Shown: one piece after another, positions 12,821 through 25,775 of the stretch
Layout: each line of letters starts with the position of its first letter
Position numbering within the stretch: position 1 is the stretch's first letter
NCBI GenBank assembly: GCA_964016885.1
Contig: OZ024740.1
Coordinates: 364,188,001 to 364,252,000 of the forward strand
Origin: Eledone cirrhosa
Taxonomy: Eukaryota
Direction: 5' to 3'
Length of the DNA stretch: 64,000 bases
Position numbers and translations under genes: made by a program
The notes under the pieces: generated by a model
Databases searched by the model: none
What the model saw: the letters and a program-made list of their open reading frames with translations, nothing else
Told to the model about the DNA's origin: nothing

Positions 12821-13164
12821 ATTTTTTAAATCTAAAATTTTTACTCATCAGATATATCTTCGGCTTTTTTTTTTTTTTAGTATTATCATTTGAATATAAA
12901 TTTGTGTTTAAATATTGATTTTTATGTTATTTAGTCAAAATTGGGTGGACCACAGATGATGAAAAATATATTGTGGGCCATGACAGGAAAAAAAATTGAT
13001 CAGGTGTCATTGATATAAAGGATGATCCTCTTATGTTTACATGAAAAAGAAAACTGTAAAAAAATTTGTTAGATTATTGAGGCATGAAAAAATATTCCCT
13101 ATACTTTAAACAGTCAGCATTTGAAGAAGTATCTTTGGTATCAAATAAGTATAACACTTCTTAA

Positions 13165-13372
13165 TACTTTAGCATTTACATTACGCTATATATACTATTG
13201 TATTTTCATGGTAAAGGCTTTATCTCACATAATATCGAATCTATGAGATTTTGATATTATTTATGTTGAGAACAATACCTTAACACCAGTATGAGTAACC
13301 AGTTACAGCAGGTTTGAACAGAAAGATGTGAGATAAATCTGGCCAGATACAGCTGGTTTTAATGCTATTGGG
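13165..13372. mobile_element. piggyBac-type MITE, second copy
   Basis: Colinear with 10299-10524. TTAA on the left, decayed right end. Confidence 0.75.
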
Positions 13373-13570
13373 TAAAAGATCAACTAAAGATTAATTAAAC
13401 ACATACAGGACAACACTGAACACTTACTGGACATCATCAGATGATCAACTGAGCATCACTTGAACTTGACCAGAATCTCACCTGAACCTCACCAATCTCA
13501 GAAAACTGGCGAAGACCATGTGCAGGATTCCTTTCTTCTGACTGAAACCCTCATATATACATATATATAC

Positions 13571-14125
13571 AAATGGAAAAAAGGAAATTCCATTTCTCAT
13601 TCTTAGTACGGCTGATACTTAAATATAAGCATGTATATGTACATACATATATGTATACAGACGCACAGTAGTATGTATATACATACATACATGCACACAT
13701 ATATATATATATGTACGTATGGGTTTACCAAACATTTATTATAATGCTCGGTTTGTTTGTAAACAAACAGCCCGAATTATTAGCCTTACAGTGTTCGGTA
13801 ACCATCGTTGCCATTTTGTTCAACACTGACAAAGGAGCGATGAACTAGTTCATCAACCATCGTTTGTAAACAAACAGCCCAAATTATTAGTTTCTAGAAA
13901 CTAGTTCATCACTCCTTTGTCAGTGTTGGACAAAATGGCAACGATGGTTGCCGAACACTGTACGACTAATAATTCGGGCTGTTTGTTTACAAACAAACCG
14001 AGCATTATAATAAATGTTCGGTAAACCCATACGTACATATATATATATATGTGTGCATGTATGTATGTATATACATACTACTGTGCATCTGTATACATAT
14101 ATATATGTACGTATACATACTTATA
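13571..14125. mobile_element. Fold-back PLE pseudo-LTR insert (family P1)
   Basis: Inverted arms of ~230 bp (13624-13854 / 13899-14125) plus a one-sided tail at 13571-13623, in (TA)n. Contains a hammerhead 3' half, GAAACTAGTT. Homologous to 32085 and 43810. Confidence 0.75.
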
Positions 14126-14135
14126 TATATATATA

Positions 14136-14753
14136 CTAGCTAAAGTACCCGTCCTTTGGACGGTTCAAGTAGCTTTCGATGTGGCTCATTAAACTAAACA
14201 AAGTAAATTTGAATACATAGAAGAAAAACGTACTTTATGTAAACATGAAAACTTTAGGCACTATTCCAGCGAAATAATTAATATGTGAACTCGGTGTCAT
14301 CTGTTATACCATGTAACAACAGAAATCCAGTCTAGGTATAAATTGTTTTGATAAAACCTTTTGTTTCAAGTACAAAGAGTAAAGTAAAATCCGAATGAGC
14401 CGAATTGTAATAATCAAAATCCCAAATCAAAATGTTTGACAACATCAAAAATGAGATCATATTGTATTGACGAAAGATAACTCTTGTCTTACTTAATCAC
14501 GGAATATTGACGAAAGATAACTCTTGTCTTACTTAATCACGAAAATTGACACAAATAACCGAAACTTTTTTAATGTCTCCAAAGGCCCCAATATCGATTT
14601 TTGAAAGCCTTTGTAGATCCTGTACAGGTTTTGTGCAAGGAGAAGCTCTGTAAAAAATGTCAAAGAAATTGCATGAATGGTTTAGAATATATGAGCCCTC
14701 ATAAAAAATTGTCCGCACACACACAGAAAACTTCATCTTTATATATATACAGA
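14136..14753 (-). mobile_element. Non-autonomous Helitron
   Basis: The minus strand starts A|TC and ends with hairpin CCGTCC-AAA-GGACGG then CTAG|T. No TSD. Internal 40-bp tandem duplication at 14467-14546. Confidence 0.8.
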
Positions 14754-14852
14754 TATATATATATATATATATATATATAAAGATGAAGTTTTCTCTGTGT
14801 GTGTCCCCATCAATCTCAATTTTTGCTCAATTTTTGCACAATTTTTGCTCAT

Positions 14853-15248
14853 GAGGCACATGGCTTAGTGGTTAGAGCATTGACCTTGCAATCGAAAGGT
14901 TGAGAGTTCAATTCTAAGACCGGGTGATGTGTTGTTTCCTTGAGCAAGACACTTTATTTTACATTGCTCCAGTTTACTCAGCTGTAGAAATGAGATGATA
15001 GGACTGGGGTCCCTATCATTCCACTGCAAAGTGGATGTGGAAGTGCCACAGCAAAAAAGCACCCAGCCCACACTGTAAAGTGGACATGTAGGCGCCACGG
15101 AAAAAAAGCACCCAGCACTCACTGTAAATGAGGTTGGTGTTAGGAAGGGCATCCAGCTGTAGAAATCAAGCCAGAATCAGTTCCCGTCCCACCCTTGCAA
15201 GCAGGGAAAAGCGGACGTAAAATGATGATGATGATAAAATGATGATGA
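14853..15248 (+). mobile_element. tRNA-derived CORE-like SINE (family 1)
   Basis: A box TGGCTTAGTGG, B box GAGTTCAATTC, CCTTGAGCAAGACACTT, RTE-type tail with (GAT)n. Confidence 0.9.
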
Positions 15249-15249
15249 A

Positions 15250-15725
15250 TGAATTATCGAAATACTTAATCACTCAGAACATTATAAGTTTGTAAATTGG
15301 TAAAGCAATTAAGATAAGAAATGACCTCAAATAATTCTTTGGTCCCAACTGCAGTTTTGCCATAAAGATAAGACCAGATATTCTAATAATTTAGCATATC
15401 AGGCTGGGAGAATGGGCTCTTCAGAGAACCTTCTCAAGCAACCATGTTTACTTGCCAATCATCCATCTATTACTTCGCTTCTTGTGACCTGTATACCACA
15501 TGATGGTTGTCCCTAGATGGTGGTCACTAAAAATTTCTCCTAATATGAGAAGGTTCCCTGAAGAGCACATTCTCCTAGCCTGATATGCTAAATTATTAAA
15601 ATATCTGGTTAGTCTTTAGGGTGAAACTATAGTCAGAACTAAGAAGTAATTTAGCTAATTTTTTAATCTCAATTGTTTACCTATTCATGATTTTATAATG
15701 CTCTGAGTAATTATTTAGTTAATTC
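15250..15725. mobile_element. Old fold-back PLE pseudo-LTR insert with a hammerhead in each arm
   Basis: Diverged inverted arms at ~15250-15437 and 15546-15725. Confidence 0.7.
15552..15640 (+). ncRNA. Minimal type-I hammerhead ribozyme, long helix II
   Basis: ggttcc CTGAAGA gc..(~55 nt)..gt GAAA ctata GTC agaact, with palindromic helix III ACTATAGT. The mirror copy at 15341-15430 (-) has GAAA changed to AAAA. Confidence 0.7.
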
Positions 15726-16455
15726 ACAAGAGTTGTAGTGGGATAATGGGTAGACTAACAGGAAAAGAAGATTTTGTATGTAGATGCACAGGGGCAGAGC
15801 GGCAGTGATATAAACCTCTTCAAGTCACAGGAAGGGTCCATAGAAGTGGGTGATAGCTTTTGCTATCTAGGTGACTTAATCAGTGGAGGAGGGTGCTCAG
15901 AGAGCATAATAGCTAGAATAAGGATAGGATGGAAGAAGTTTAGACCTACTTCCACTGTTGACAACAAAAGGTTTCTCCTTATGTACAAAAGGATGACTAT
16001 GAGGCTTGTGTGCAAAATGCAATGCAGTATGGTAGTGAAATAGGGGCAGCACCACAGAAGACATGTAAAGATTGGAGAGAAATGAAGCAGCCATGCTTTG
16101 TTGGATGTGCAATTTAAATGTGAGAGAAAGGTAGAGCTTGGATGAGCTGAGGGAGAAGTTGGGTTTAAGAGGAATCCAAGGAGGTGTACAGGAGAGAAGA
16201 CTGCATTGGTATGGACATGTGATATGCATGGATGATGATTGCTGAGTGAAGATGTGCCAGGAAATGCCAGTGGAAGGAAGCTGCAGTAGAGATAGACTGA
16301 GAAAAACCTGGGCAGAGGTAGTGGGAGCTGACCTCAAATCACTGAGACCTGCGAAGAAGATGACAAAGAAAAACGGTGGGTGGAGAGATTCTGTGCTGAA
16401 AATAATATGTCCAACCCATGCAAACATGGAAAAATGGATGTAAAAACGATGATGA
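15724..16455 (+). mobile_element. Old RTE LINE 3' fragment
   Basis: SIEVGDSFCYLGD..GGGCSESIIARIRIGWKKFR, ending CCAACCCATGC..GGATGTAAAAACGATGATG. A further short 3' end lies at ~16950-17035. Confidence 0.85.
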
Positions 16456-16467
16456 GGATATACATAT

Positions 16468-16927
16468 AGTATAAAAGAGAAAACACAGGTAAGCATTAAG
16501 AGAAGGGTTTTATCTAGGTATTTACAACCGTTTCATTGGTAAGTGCAACCTTATATTGCTATACTGCAAATAGCAGCCACTCAATTATAATTGTTGTTCA
16601 CGTCCAAATTTTCAAAATAGTGAGTAAGTTACTCTTGAAATAGTTCTTGAAAATTTGGACTGTGAACACCAATTATAATTGAGTGGCTACTATTTGCAGT
16701 ATAGCAATATAAGGTTGCACTTACCAATGAAACGGTCGTAAATACCTGGATTAGATCCTTCTCTTAATGCTTACCTGTGTTTTCTCTTTTATACTTTATA
16801 CTCCAAGATTGAACGGAATTCTTACAAACTTGTGGAGTTACCCCTAACCGTATGTTGAAACCATCCATGAAACTGGCTTTCTTAACCACGAACTGGATCA
16901 CAATAAGCAATTTTCTGCTTCCCTAAC
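16468..16927. mobile_element. Fold-back PLE pseudo-LTR insert
   Basis: Arms 16468-16617 / 16647-16796 plus tail 16797-16927 ending in (TA)n. Hammerhead-like TTGAAAA ttgg..ccaat GAAA cg GTC at 16647-16737. Confidence 0.7.
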
Positions 16928-17069
16928 TATATATATATATATATATATGCGAGAGATTCTGTGCTGAAAAAAATCGTCTAACCCATGCTAGCATGGAAAA
17001 ATGGACATTAAACAGTGGTGATGATGATGCTGATGGATATATATACAAACTGAATTTATAAAGCTACAA

Positions 17070-17574
17070 CTTTATCCTTCCATTACCATATTTCTAATGA
17101 AATATATTGCATATGATTTTTTATTAATTTTCAGAATAATAAAAAATTTGGAGCGATCTAGTAATATAACTTTCTCCTTATTATGTTGGTGTTTAGAAGA
17201 TAAGTTAAGTAAATATTCTTACAAAACATAATGAAAGGATTATATTTAAGCATGAACACTTTATAATTAATGTTTATTTTCATCGTAGAACCAGGGGTGG
17301 CTTCAGGCAGGTTGCTATAAAAAGGGTTAACCTTTTTATTACCATATTTCTAATAAAAGAGACTCTGGTTTTGAAAATAATCAAGAATTTGGAAGGATTT
17401 AGTAATAAAACTAAATTTTTCATTATTAATAAAAATGATATCTGCAACATAAGTTACCATAGCTTCTTACATCAAATTATGATAGGAGGTTTTTAGATAA
17501 ATATAGACACTTTATAATAAACAGTTTATCAGAACCAGGAGCAGTTTCTGGTAATCTTGTATCAAAAGGGTTAA
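17070..17574. mobile_element. Two tandem piggyBac-type MITEs sharing a TTAA
   Basis: Two homologous ~250-bp units joined at AAAGGG-TTAA-CCTTT (17327-17330). The second ends AAAAGGG|TTAA. Confidence 0.7.
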
Positions 17575-18631
17575 TGCATACAATAAGTTTGAGTTCGAAG
17601 TCAACTTTACTTTCACCTTACCTCCCTCTTTATAGTTGTTAGTACAGTTTCTTTCTGCTTCCTCCATTATTGGATTTGTTGCTCTTTGACAGGAAGATCA
17701 TCATCATTATCATCATATAATGTTAGTTTTACCTACTGGCATGGGTCAAACAGGTTGGCACGAACCATATCGGTACTTAATTGGAACTATGGATCATATG
17801 GGCCAGTGGCTGCAACTCACTTGCATACATTCCTACACTTTACAGAATGTACTGGGTGCATTGTTATCAAGACACTAATGCTAGAAAGGTTGTTGTGTCC
17901 TTACCAGAACTGAAAAGTCCACTCGACTCTGTTTGGAAAGTTTTCTATGGCTGGAATGCTCTTCCTAACATCTACATATGTCTTGAGGTTCCCCATGTTG
18001 GAGGTAGACCCACTAGATGTTAAGGACCAATGACAGCATCACTTACATGACTTCCTAACAAACTATCACCACCAGCAGACTAACAAAAGTGATATGTCTA
18101 AAGTAGCTACAGGGCTTAAGCAGCACACTTAAATCTACTTAACAAATTCCTTCTTCTCTAATAACTCATTCAAGACTGAGAGGAGGTGGGGGAGGAGGAA
18201 GCTAGACTAGGAAAGAAGAGGGGGTGAGGTGAGGTGAAAAAGGGAAGGAAGGAAAGTTGGAAAGGGTGGAGGGAAGAGAGGAAATCTTGGTATTCACACC
18301 TAATTCCACCAGTGACCTTCATCTGTCTATATATCAGTACAGCACGGGCATGTCTGCATGTGCATTTGTATGTGTACATGCATGTACAAGAAAAAGAGAT
18401 GAAGATAAATACATAGAGAGATGAGACAGAGAGATTGTAAGTGTGAGTGAGGGTGTGTGTGTGTATGTGTGAGTGCACATAAAGGAAAGAGAGTGTGTGC
18501 ATGTAAGAGAAAGAAAGAGACAGAGTAAGAGAGACAGAAACTGTCTCTCTGTGTGTTATAATGTTACTATTGAAGGCATTATTAGAATATTAACCAAGTT
18601 AGTTACTGAACTTTAGAGGACTATTGTACCT

Positions 18632-18676
<45 letters not shown>

Positions 18677-18704
18677 GTGTTGATATAAATGTGTGGTGTG
18701 TCTA

Positions 18705-19047
18705 TCATTTCATCATCATCATTTCATTTTACGTCCGCTTTTCCCTGCTTGCAAGGGTAGGACAGGAATTGATTCTGGCTTGATTTCTACAGCTGGATGC
18801 CCTTCCTAACACCAACCTCATTTACAGTGAGTGCTGGGTGCTTTTTTGCCATGGCACCTCCACGACCACTTTGCAGTGGAATGATAGGGATCCCAGTCCC
18901 TATCATCTCATTTCTACAGCTGAGTAAACTGGAGCAATGTGAAATAAAGTGTCTTGTTCAAGGAAACAACACATCACCCGGTCTAAGAATTGAACTCACA
19001 ACCTTTCGATTGCAAGGCCAATGCTCTAACCACTAAGCCATGTGCGC
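18705..19047 (-). mobile_element. tRNA-derived CORE-like SINE (family 1)
   Basis: Colinear with 4108-4448 and 14853-15248. Confidence 0.9.
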
Positions 19048-19101
19048 ATATATATATATATATATGTATATATATGTATATATATATATGTATATATATG
19101 T

Positions 19102-21113
19102 ATCATCATCATCACCGTTTTTCGTCCGTTCTTCCACGCTAGCATGGGTTAGACGGGTTGTCCTGTTGTGGGCAGTGTCTGGTCGGCTGACCATACCTTG
19201 CTCATACAGGAACTGATCTGGCTTGATTTCTACAGCTGGATGCCCTTCCTAACACCAACCTCATTTACAGTGAGTGCTGGGTGCTTTTTCGTGGCGCCTA
19301 CACGTCCACTTTACAGTGTGGGCTGGGTGCTTTTTTGCCGTGGCACCTCCACGACCACCTTGCGGTGGGGGGAGTGGGGGCATATTGTTTATATGCTTCA
19401 GCATGTACCCATGGGAGGTCGGGTACCCTGTATTACTGCGTGACGCCAGAAGTCACGGTCGTGTGTCATTGACTTTGAGAGGTGTAGTTGGGTAAGGTCG
19501 GCTTTTATCACCTCATCCCAAGTCATCTTGGGTCTCCCCACTCCGCGGTTTCCATCAACTTCTAGTGCTCTGCACCTTTTTATGCAGCTGTCATCCTTCA
19601 TACGCATCACATGTCCATACCAGCGTAACCGCCTCTCCTGCACGCAGCATTTGATTCCTCTTATGCTCAGTCTCTCTCTCAATTCCTTTATGCTTTGTCG
19701 TTCACGTATATTACTGTTACACATCCATCGGAGCATGCAGGCTTCGTTTCTCTCTAATCTACGTAAGTCTTCCACCTTCAGCGCTCAGGTCTCACTACCA
19801 TGCAACATCGCTGTTCGGATACACGCATCATACAGTCTGCTTTTCATTCTGAGGGAGAAGCCTTTTGCAGCTAGCAGTGGTAGTAGTTCCCTAAACTTCT
19901 TCCATCCCGTTCTTACCCTAGTTATTGTACTTTCTGAGCACCCACCTCCGTTGCTAATTCGGTCACCTAGGTAGCAGAAGCTGTCTACTGTTTCTACAGG
20001 GCCCTCCCAGAGATTGGTGGTACTTGTTTCCTGTGGCCGTTTGCTTGCTGTTTCAGCACAGCTGCTGCATGTGAATCCTACATTCTTAATTAAGCTTCCT
20101 GAGATCCCGCTACATCTCTTGTGTACCCATTGTTTGCATTTGGGGCAGAGAATGGAGTTCCTACCTACACCTTTCCTACATACTGAGCAAGGCCATTTCC
20201 CTGAGGGGATCTGGGTTCTGTTTTCTCGTCTACTTACAAGGACCTTAGTCTTTGTCATGTTGACTTTGAGGCCCTTTCTCTCTAGTCCCTGCTTCCAGGT
20301 TTGGAATTTATTCTCTAGTTCTACCATAGATTCAGCTATGAGTGCGAGGTCATCAGCATACAGGAGTTCCCATGGGCATCCGGTCTTAAACTCCTCCGTT
20401 ATTGCCTGCAGGACTATGATGAACAGGAGAGGGCTAAGAACAGAGCCCTGGTGGACCCCAACCTGTACGCTAAATTCCTCGCTATACTCATTGCTAATCC
20501 TAACTTTGCTGACTGCTCCCCTATACATGGCTTGTACCGCTTTCACAAGCCATTCATCTACTCCTAGTTTTCTAAGAGCCCACCAGATTACTGCACGTGG
20601 AACTCTGTCAAAGGCTTTCTCAAGGTCGACAAATGCCAAGTAGAGTGGCTTACTTTTAGCTAGGTACTTTTCCTGTAATTGCCTCACAAGGAAGAGGGCA
20701 TCAGTGGTGCCTTTCTCTGGTACAAACCCAAATTGCATCTCGTCTATATTCACCCGGTCCCTAATCAGCTGTGCTATAACTCTTTCTGTTACTTTCATGA
20801 CCTGGTCCATCAACTTTATACCTCTATAGTTTCCTCTATCTAGTGCATCACCTTTACCTTTGTAGCAGTTGACAATGATGCTACTGCACCAATCTTTTGG
20901 TATGGCCCCCTCTAGTATTACCTGGTTAACGATACGTGTGGTTATAGTGTGACCTACAGACCCAGATGCCTTCAGCATCTCGGCAGCTATACCCGATGGA
21001 CCGGTTGCCTTCCCTATCTTCATATCTCTGATTGCCTTACTTACTACGCTGCCGCTGACTTGTACTGCTGGTCCCTCTATAGGGTCTACGTGGGGTAGGG
21101 TCTCTTCTTCCCA
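19102..21113 (-). mobile_element. RTE family A LINE, 5'-truncated
   Basis: ORF 19785-21023 has a full RT core (YADD) and PHD finger. C-terminus at 19398-19775, 3' UTR and (GAT)n tail present. Both ends in (TA)n. Confidence 0.96.
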
Positions 21114-21125
21114 TATATATATATG

Positions 21126-21518
<393 letters not shown>

Positions 21519-21540
21519 TATATATATATATGTATGTATG

Positions 21541-22740
21541 TAAAAGGTAAACAGAAATAACAACACAATCAGTACAGTATATGGAAGGGATATATTAGGT
21601 TAACACTTGATATAGCAGGAAGAGGGTCTTAACGTTTCAGACGCTAATCCTTCATCAGAAGAAAGAATGAGAAATAAGATAGATTGAGGGTCGGGCGGGA
21701 TGGAATTGGAAAAAATGTCTTTAGATAAAAATAACAGGTCCATTCATGATGACATCTCTTGCAAAACTGTTGGTGTTGGTGTTGGCGTTTTGTGTATGAT
21801 TTATTTTTAAGAAAAGTGGATGATGGAGCGCGTCTACCTGAAATGGAAAAAAAAAAACGTTTTATAAAAAGAGCTCTACTTGAGCACGTGCGTAAGTATG
21901 TGTGTGTGTGTGTGTGTGTGTGTTATTATACGTCTGTACGAAGTTAAGAAGAAATGTGTGTGTATATGTGAGTAAAAGAGTGTGTGTGCAGCATGTAAGT
22001 ACGAAGCTATGAGCAAAAGTATGTTAATATAAGGGTGTGTATGTGTGTATACAGAGCAATGAAGGGAAAAGTGGAGTGAGCATATATAGTCGGCATGTAT
22101 TAGTTGTAAGAGAAGCTGTTAATGATCAAGAGAAAGCGATAGGAATCTGTGGGTGTGATAATGGACAAGGTATTAGCGAAATTGGGGAGGTGAGTTGAGT
22201 CCAAGAAGGGAATAGGACCCAAGACGGTGAATCAGACTTTGTTCTGGTGCGCGAGGCCTGTGATCCATGATGTAAAAGGACACCCAGGACTGAAACATGT
22301 TGGGAAGAATGAACAGGAGAACAGAAATGACAGGCGACAGGAGTATCCAAACCGAGACGTATGTCTCTCAAATGTTCGGCAAAACGATCCGTCATACAGC
22401 GTCCCATTTGTCCAATATATAAAGACCCACAAAGGGAACACTGGAGGGCATAGACAACGTAGGTCGATGTGCAGGTGAAGGAATGTCAGATTCAGAAAGA
22501 CCCGTTAGGGCCTGTAAGAGTGGTGAGGGTTGAAATAAATGGACAAGTGTTGCAGCGGGAATGGGAACAAGGATGAGAGCGGGGTGGAGTTGTGGGAGAG
22601 GACAAAAAGGAACTGTGAACCGGGAGGTCGCGAAGGTTGTGGGTGCGCTTAAAAACATAATGGGTGGGTTGGGAAAAAAGCGAGAAGTGATGGGGTCAGA
22701 AGAGAGGATACGGAAGGAACGGAGGATATATCGCCGGAAT
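21541..22740 (-). mobile_element. Neptune-like Penelope element, 3' fragment (Cys linker, GIY-YIG, pLTR)
   Basis: The minus strand encodes CSHSRCNTC, then FTCTSTYVVYALQCSLC..YIGQMGRCMTDRFAEHLRDIR..VACHF. Frameshifted. Hammerhead near the 3' end. Confidence 0.85.
21627..21662 (-). ncRNA. Minimal type-I hammerhead ribozyme
   Basis: tctt CTGATGA agga ttagcg tct GAAA c GTT aaga, with palindromic AACGTT. Confidence 0.8.
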
Positions 22741-22761
22741 ATATACATATCTATATGCATG

Positions 22762-22979
22762 TGTAAAGTGAACGTGTAGGCGCCACGAAAAAGCACCCAG
22801 CACTCACTGTAAATGAGGTTGGTGTTAGGAAGGGCATCCAGCTGTAGAAATCAAGCCAAATCAGTTCCTGTATGAGCAAGGCATGGTCAGCCGACCAGAC
22901 ACTGCCCACAACAGGACAACCCGTCTAACCCATGCTAGCGTGGAAGAACGGACGTAAAACGGTGATGATGATGATGATG
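22762..22979 (+). mobile_element. RTE family A 3' UTR fragment
   Basis: Matches the 3' end of 19102 and 31733. (GAT)n tail. Confidence 0.9.
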
Positions 22980-23429
22980 TGTATGTATAAATATAATTTT
23001 TCTTAACATAACCCTACCCAACAACAAAATACAATTACTTGTTTAAATAAAATTTAGATTAAAATCACAACAGAAAAATCTGTCATACCACATATTTATG
23101 TTTGTGTGTATATATTTATATGTAGAAAACTCATCCCACATCAGTCACAGTTGGCTGGGTTTGCACCTAGAAAGTTCCTCTCAAAGGCACACACAAGGGC
23201 AAGGTGTTTTTGTGGAAGACAAACAATTGTCCGTGCACTCCAGTCTTTTATCTACATGTCACTGATGTTTGTACAAGGGAAAGACAGCTTGATACCAGGG
23301 TCACCATAATTCATTTTATCCAGCTAAGTGGACTAGAGCAATATAGAACAGTGTCTTGTTCAAAGACACATGACATATCATCATCATCAACATCATCATT
23401 TAACATCCTTTTCCCTGCTGGCAATTGTA

Positions 23430-23840
23430 TCATCATTATTCTCATCCTCATCATTTAATGTCCAATTTTCCACACTAGCATGGGTTAGATGATTTGTCCC
23501 AATTTGAGTCAAATGGGATCAGATGACAGTCTTACTTATACGGAACTGTTTCTAGCTTGGTTTCTGTGACTGGATGCCCTTCTTAATGCCAACTACATTT
23601 GCTATGTGGACAGGGTATCTGTTATCATGACACCTACACAAACAGTTTACAGTGTGGACAGGGCTCTTTTTGTCATGCCAACAACACAATCACTTTACAG
23701 TACAGATTGAGCACTTTTTGTCGTGGCACCAGAACAACCACTATACTCTGTGTACTAGATGCTTTTTTTGCGGTACCAAAATGGCCATATTACTGTATGG
23801 ACTGAGCCCTTTTTGTTGCAGCACCAAAGGGACAACATTA
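23430..23840 (-). mobile_element. Old RTE 3' UTR with ~6 copies of the ~43-bp repeat
   Basis: (CAT)n, CTAGCATGGGTTAGA, GGATGCCCTTCTTAATGCCAAC, then repeated CACTTTACAGT..TTTTG..CACC units. Confidence 0.75.
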
Positions 23841-23849
23841 GTGTGCATT

Positions 23850-24290
23850 GGGTACATATGCCAATGAAAATAAACCAGAAAATGTTTACTCCAAAAGGAA
23901 AATACAGAACAAAGAGTGAAGAGCCCAATCAAAGGCAGATAATCTGGATGGTCTAGGGGAGACAACCTTACAGAAAAGACATGAACAAAAGCTAAAATTA
24001 GCTAAAAATTATGAAGGGGCTAGAAAAAAATCGATAGATTAAGAAAGATGTAAATCAATATTAAGGAGGTCAGTTCTATGAAAGGTAGTTAGAAATGCAA
24101 GAATGCAAGAAGAACTATGTATGTGTGTTAAGTGGTTTGTTATTGTTGTGGAGATTATTCAATGACCGCCATTTCTCATCATTGCATAATCTGCAGGCCT
24201 TGAGCCCATTTATATAGTGTTGAGATATTTCTAGTATCTTCCAATTGATGAAGAAGTCTATGTTCATGCCTTTGAGTTGCCATACATTAT
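23850..24290 (-). mobile_element. Hydra-like PLE endonuclease C-terminal remnant
   Basis: The minus strand reads VWQLKGMNIDFFINWKILEISQHYINGLKACRLCNDEK, paralleling YLKTKNKPYTLKWEVIG..FCNLC in the 59780-62908 element. Confidence 0.65.
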
Positions 24291-24299
24291 TTGCCGAAT

Positions 24300-25727
24300 T
24301 TCTGGACTTTTAAAGGAGTTAGTATCCTGTGGGCTCTTGCTACTTACTACACCTGTGCATCGGCTGCATATAAAACCTACGTCTTTGATAGCCTGCATGT
24401 GATCCCACTACATCTTTTATGACATTGGATGGAATTTCTACCTACTCCTTTCCGGCACACAGAGCAATGCCATTTCCCTGAGGGAATCTGGGCCCTGCTT
24501 TCCTTTCTACATACTAGGACTTTGACAAATTAACTTTAAGACCTTTTAATTTTAGCCCATGCTTGGAATTTCTTCTCTCATTCTGTCATAGATTCAGCTA
24601 TAAAAGTTAGATCATCTGCATACAGAAGTTTCCATGGGCAGCCAGTCTTAAACTCTTCTGTTATAGCCTGTAGGGCAATAATTGTTTCTACTTTTGGCAC
24701 AAGGCCAGCAATTATCCCAGTGTATTACTGGTACTTTATTTTATCGACCCCGTAAGGATGAAAGGCAAAGTTAACCTCGGCAGGATTTGAACTCAGACCA
24801 CAAAGGGCTATAACTCTTTGCTGCAAAGCATGGCGTCCGACCCTCTACCGATACTGCCAATCCACCACCCTTTAGGGCAACAATAAACAGAAGTGAGCTA
24901 ATGACAGAGCCCTGATGGACACATACCTGCACGCTAAATTCTTCACTGTAGTCATTGTTAATTCTAGCATTGCTGACTGTTCCTTTATACATTGCTTGTA
25001 CAGCCTTCACAAGACACTCATCTACTCCTAGTTTTCTAAGAGCCCTCCAGATAATGGAACAGGGTGTCTGTCAAAGGCTTTCTCCAGGTCATCAAAAGCT
25101 AAATAGAGGGATTCACATTTAACTAGGTACTTCTGCAGTTGCCTCACAAGGAAGAGAGCATCTGTGGTACTTTTACCTGGTACAAATCCAAACTGCACCT
25201 CATCCAGATTAACTTGGTCCCTAATCAACTGTGCGATAATTCTTTCTGTGACCTTCATGACTTGGTCAACCAACTTAATGCCTCAATATTTTTCTGTCTA
25301 GAGCATCTCCTTTGCCCCTGTAGCAGTTGACAATGATGGTACTATGCCAATCATTGGGTATGACACCATTTTGTTTTACTTGGTTTACAATGCAGGTGTC
25401 CATGGCATGACCCACCATCCCTGAAGGTCTAACCGCTTTACCTGTCTTTATATCCTTAATTGCCTTATTTACTATACAACTGCTAACTTGCACAGCCTGT
25501 CCCTCTGTTGCGTCAACTTGGGGCAAACTATCTTCATTCCATTCATTCTCCTCATTTAGTTGTTTTCCATAGTGGCACTTCCATGTTGCCTTCTTTTCAG
25601 CATCAGTGAGGGTGAGTACTCTGTTATCATGAGCACATTTCTCCCCAATTAAATCACAATTTTACCTGGCACATTGCCATGCAATCCTGAATACTTCATA
25701 CCTTTGGTCCTCATGTTGCAGAACATT
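24300..25727 (-). mobile_element. Older RTE LINE internal fragment (RT), interrupted by a SINE
   Basis: ORF pieces 25275-25526, 25028-25273 and 24771-25010 are homologous to the family A/B RT. YADD at ~24612. Confidence 0.9.
24683..24872 (-). mobile_element. tRNA-derived SINE (family 2) nested in the RTE
   Basis: Homologous to 3879-4070. 12-bp TSD TAGGGCAATAAT / TAGGGCAACAAT. Confidence 0.92.
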
Positions 25728-25743
25728 CTATATATATATACAC

Positions 25744-25774
<31 letters not shown>

Positions 25775-25775
25775 A

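Noticed and set aside
10530-13560. Host gene exons in the less repetitive stretch
   Set aside because: There is no ORF with recognisable protein character or convincing splice context. Small exons cannot be excluded without RNA data.
13571-14125. Fold-back inserts as Tc1/mariner MITEs with TA TSDs
   Set aside because: The ends are asymmetric (a tail on one side), inner junctions vary among three copies, hammerheads are present, and one such mini matches a GIY-YIG PLE.
14853-14925. tRNA gene
   Set aside because: A and B boxes are present but there is no proper cloverleaf, and the sequence continues into a SINE body found three times.
20014-20643. Recurrent antisense ORFs ([10 protein letters not shown]..., MQASFLSN..., MPFLTPT...)
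   Set aside because: They are shadows of RTE coding or UTR sequence and recur only because the element is repeated.
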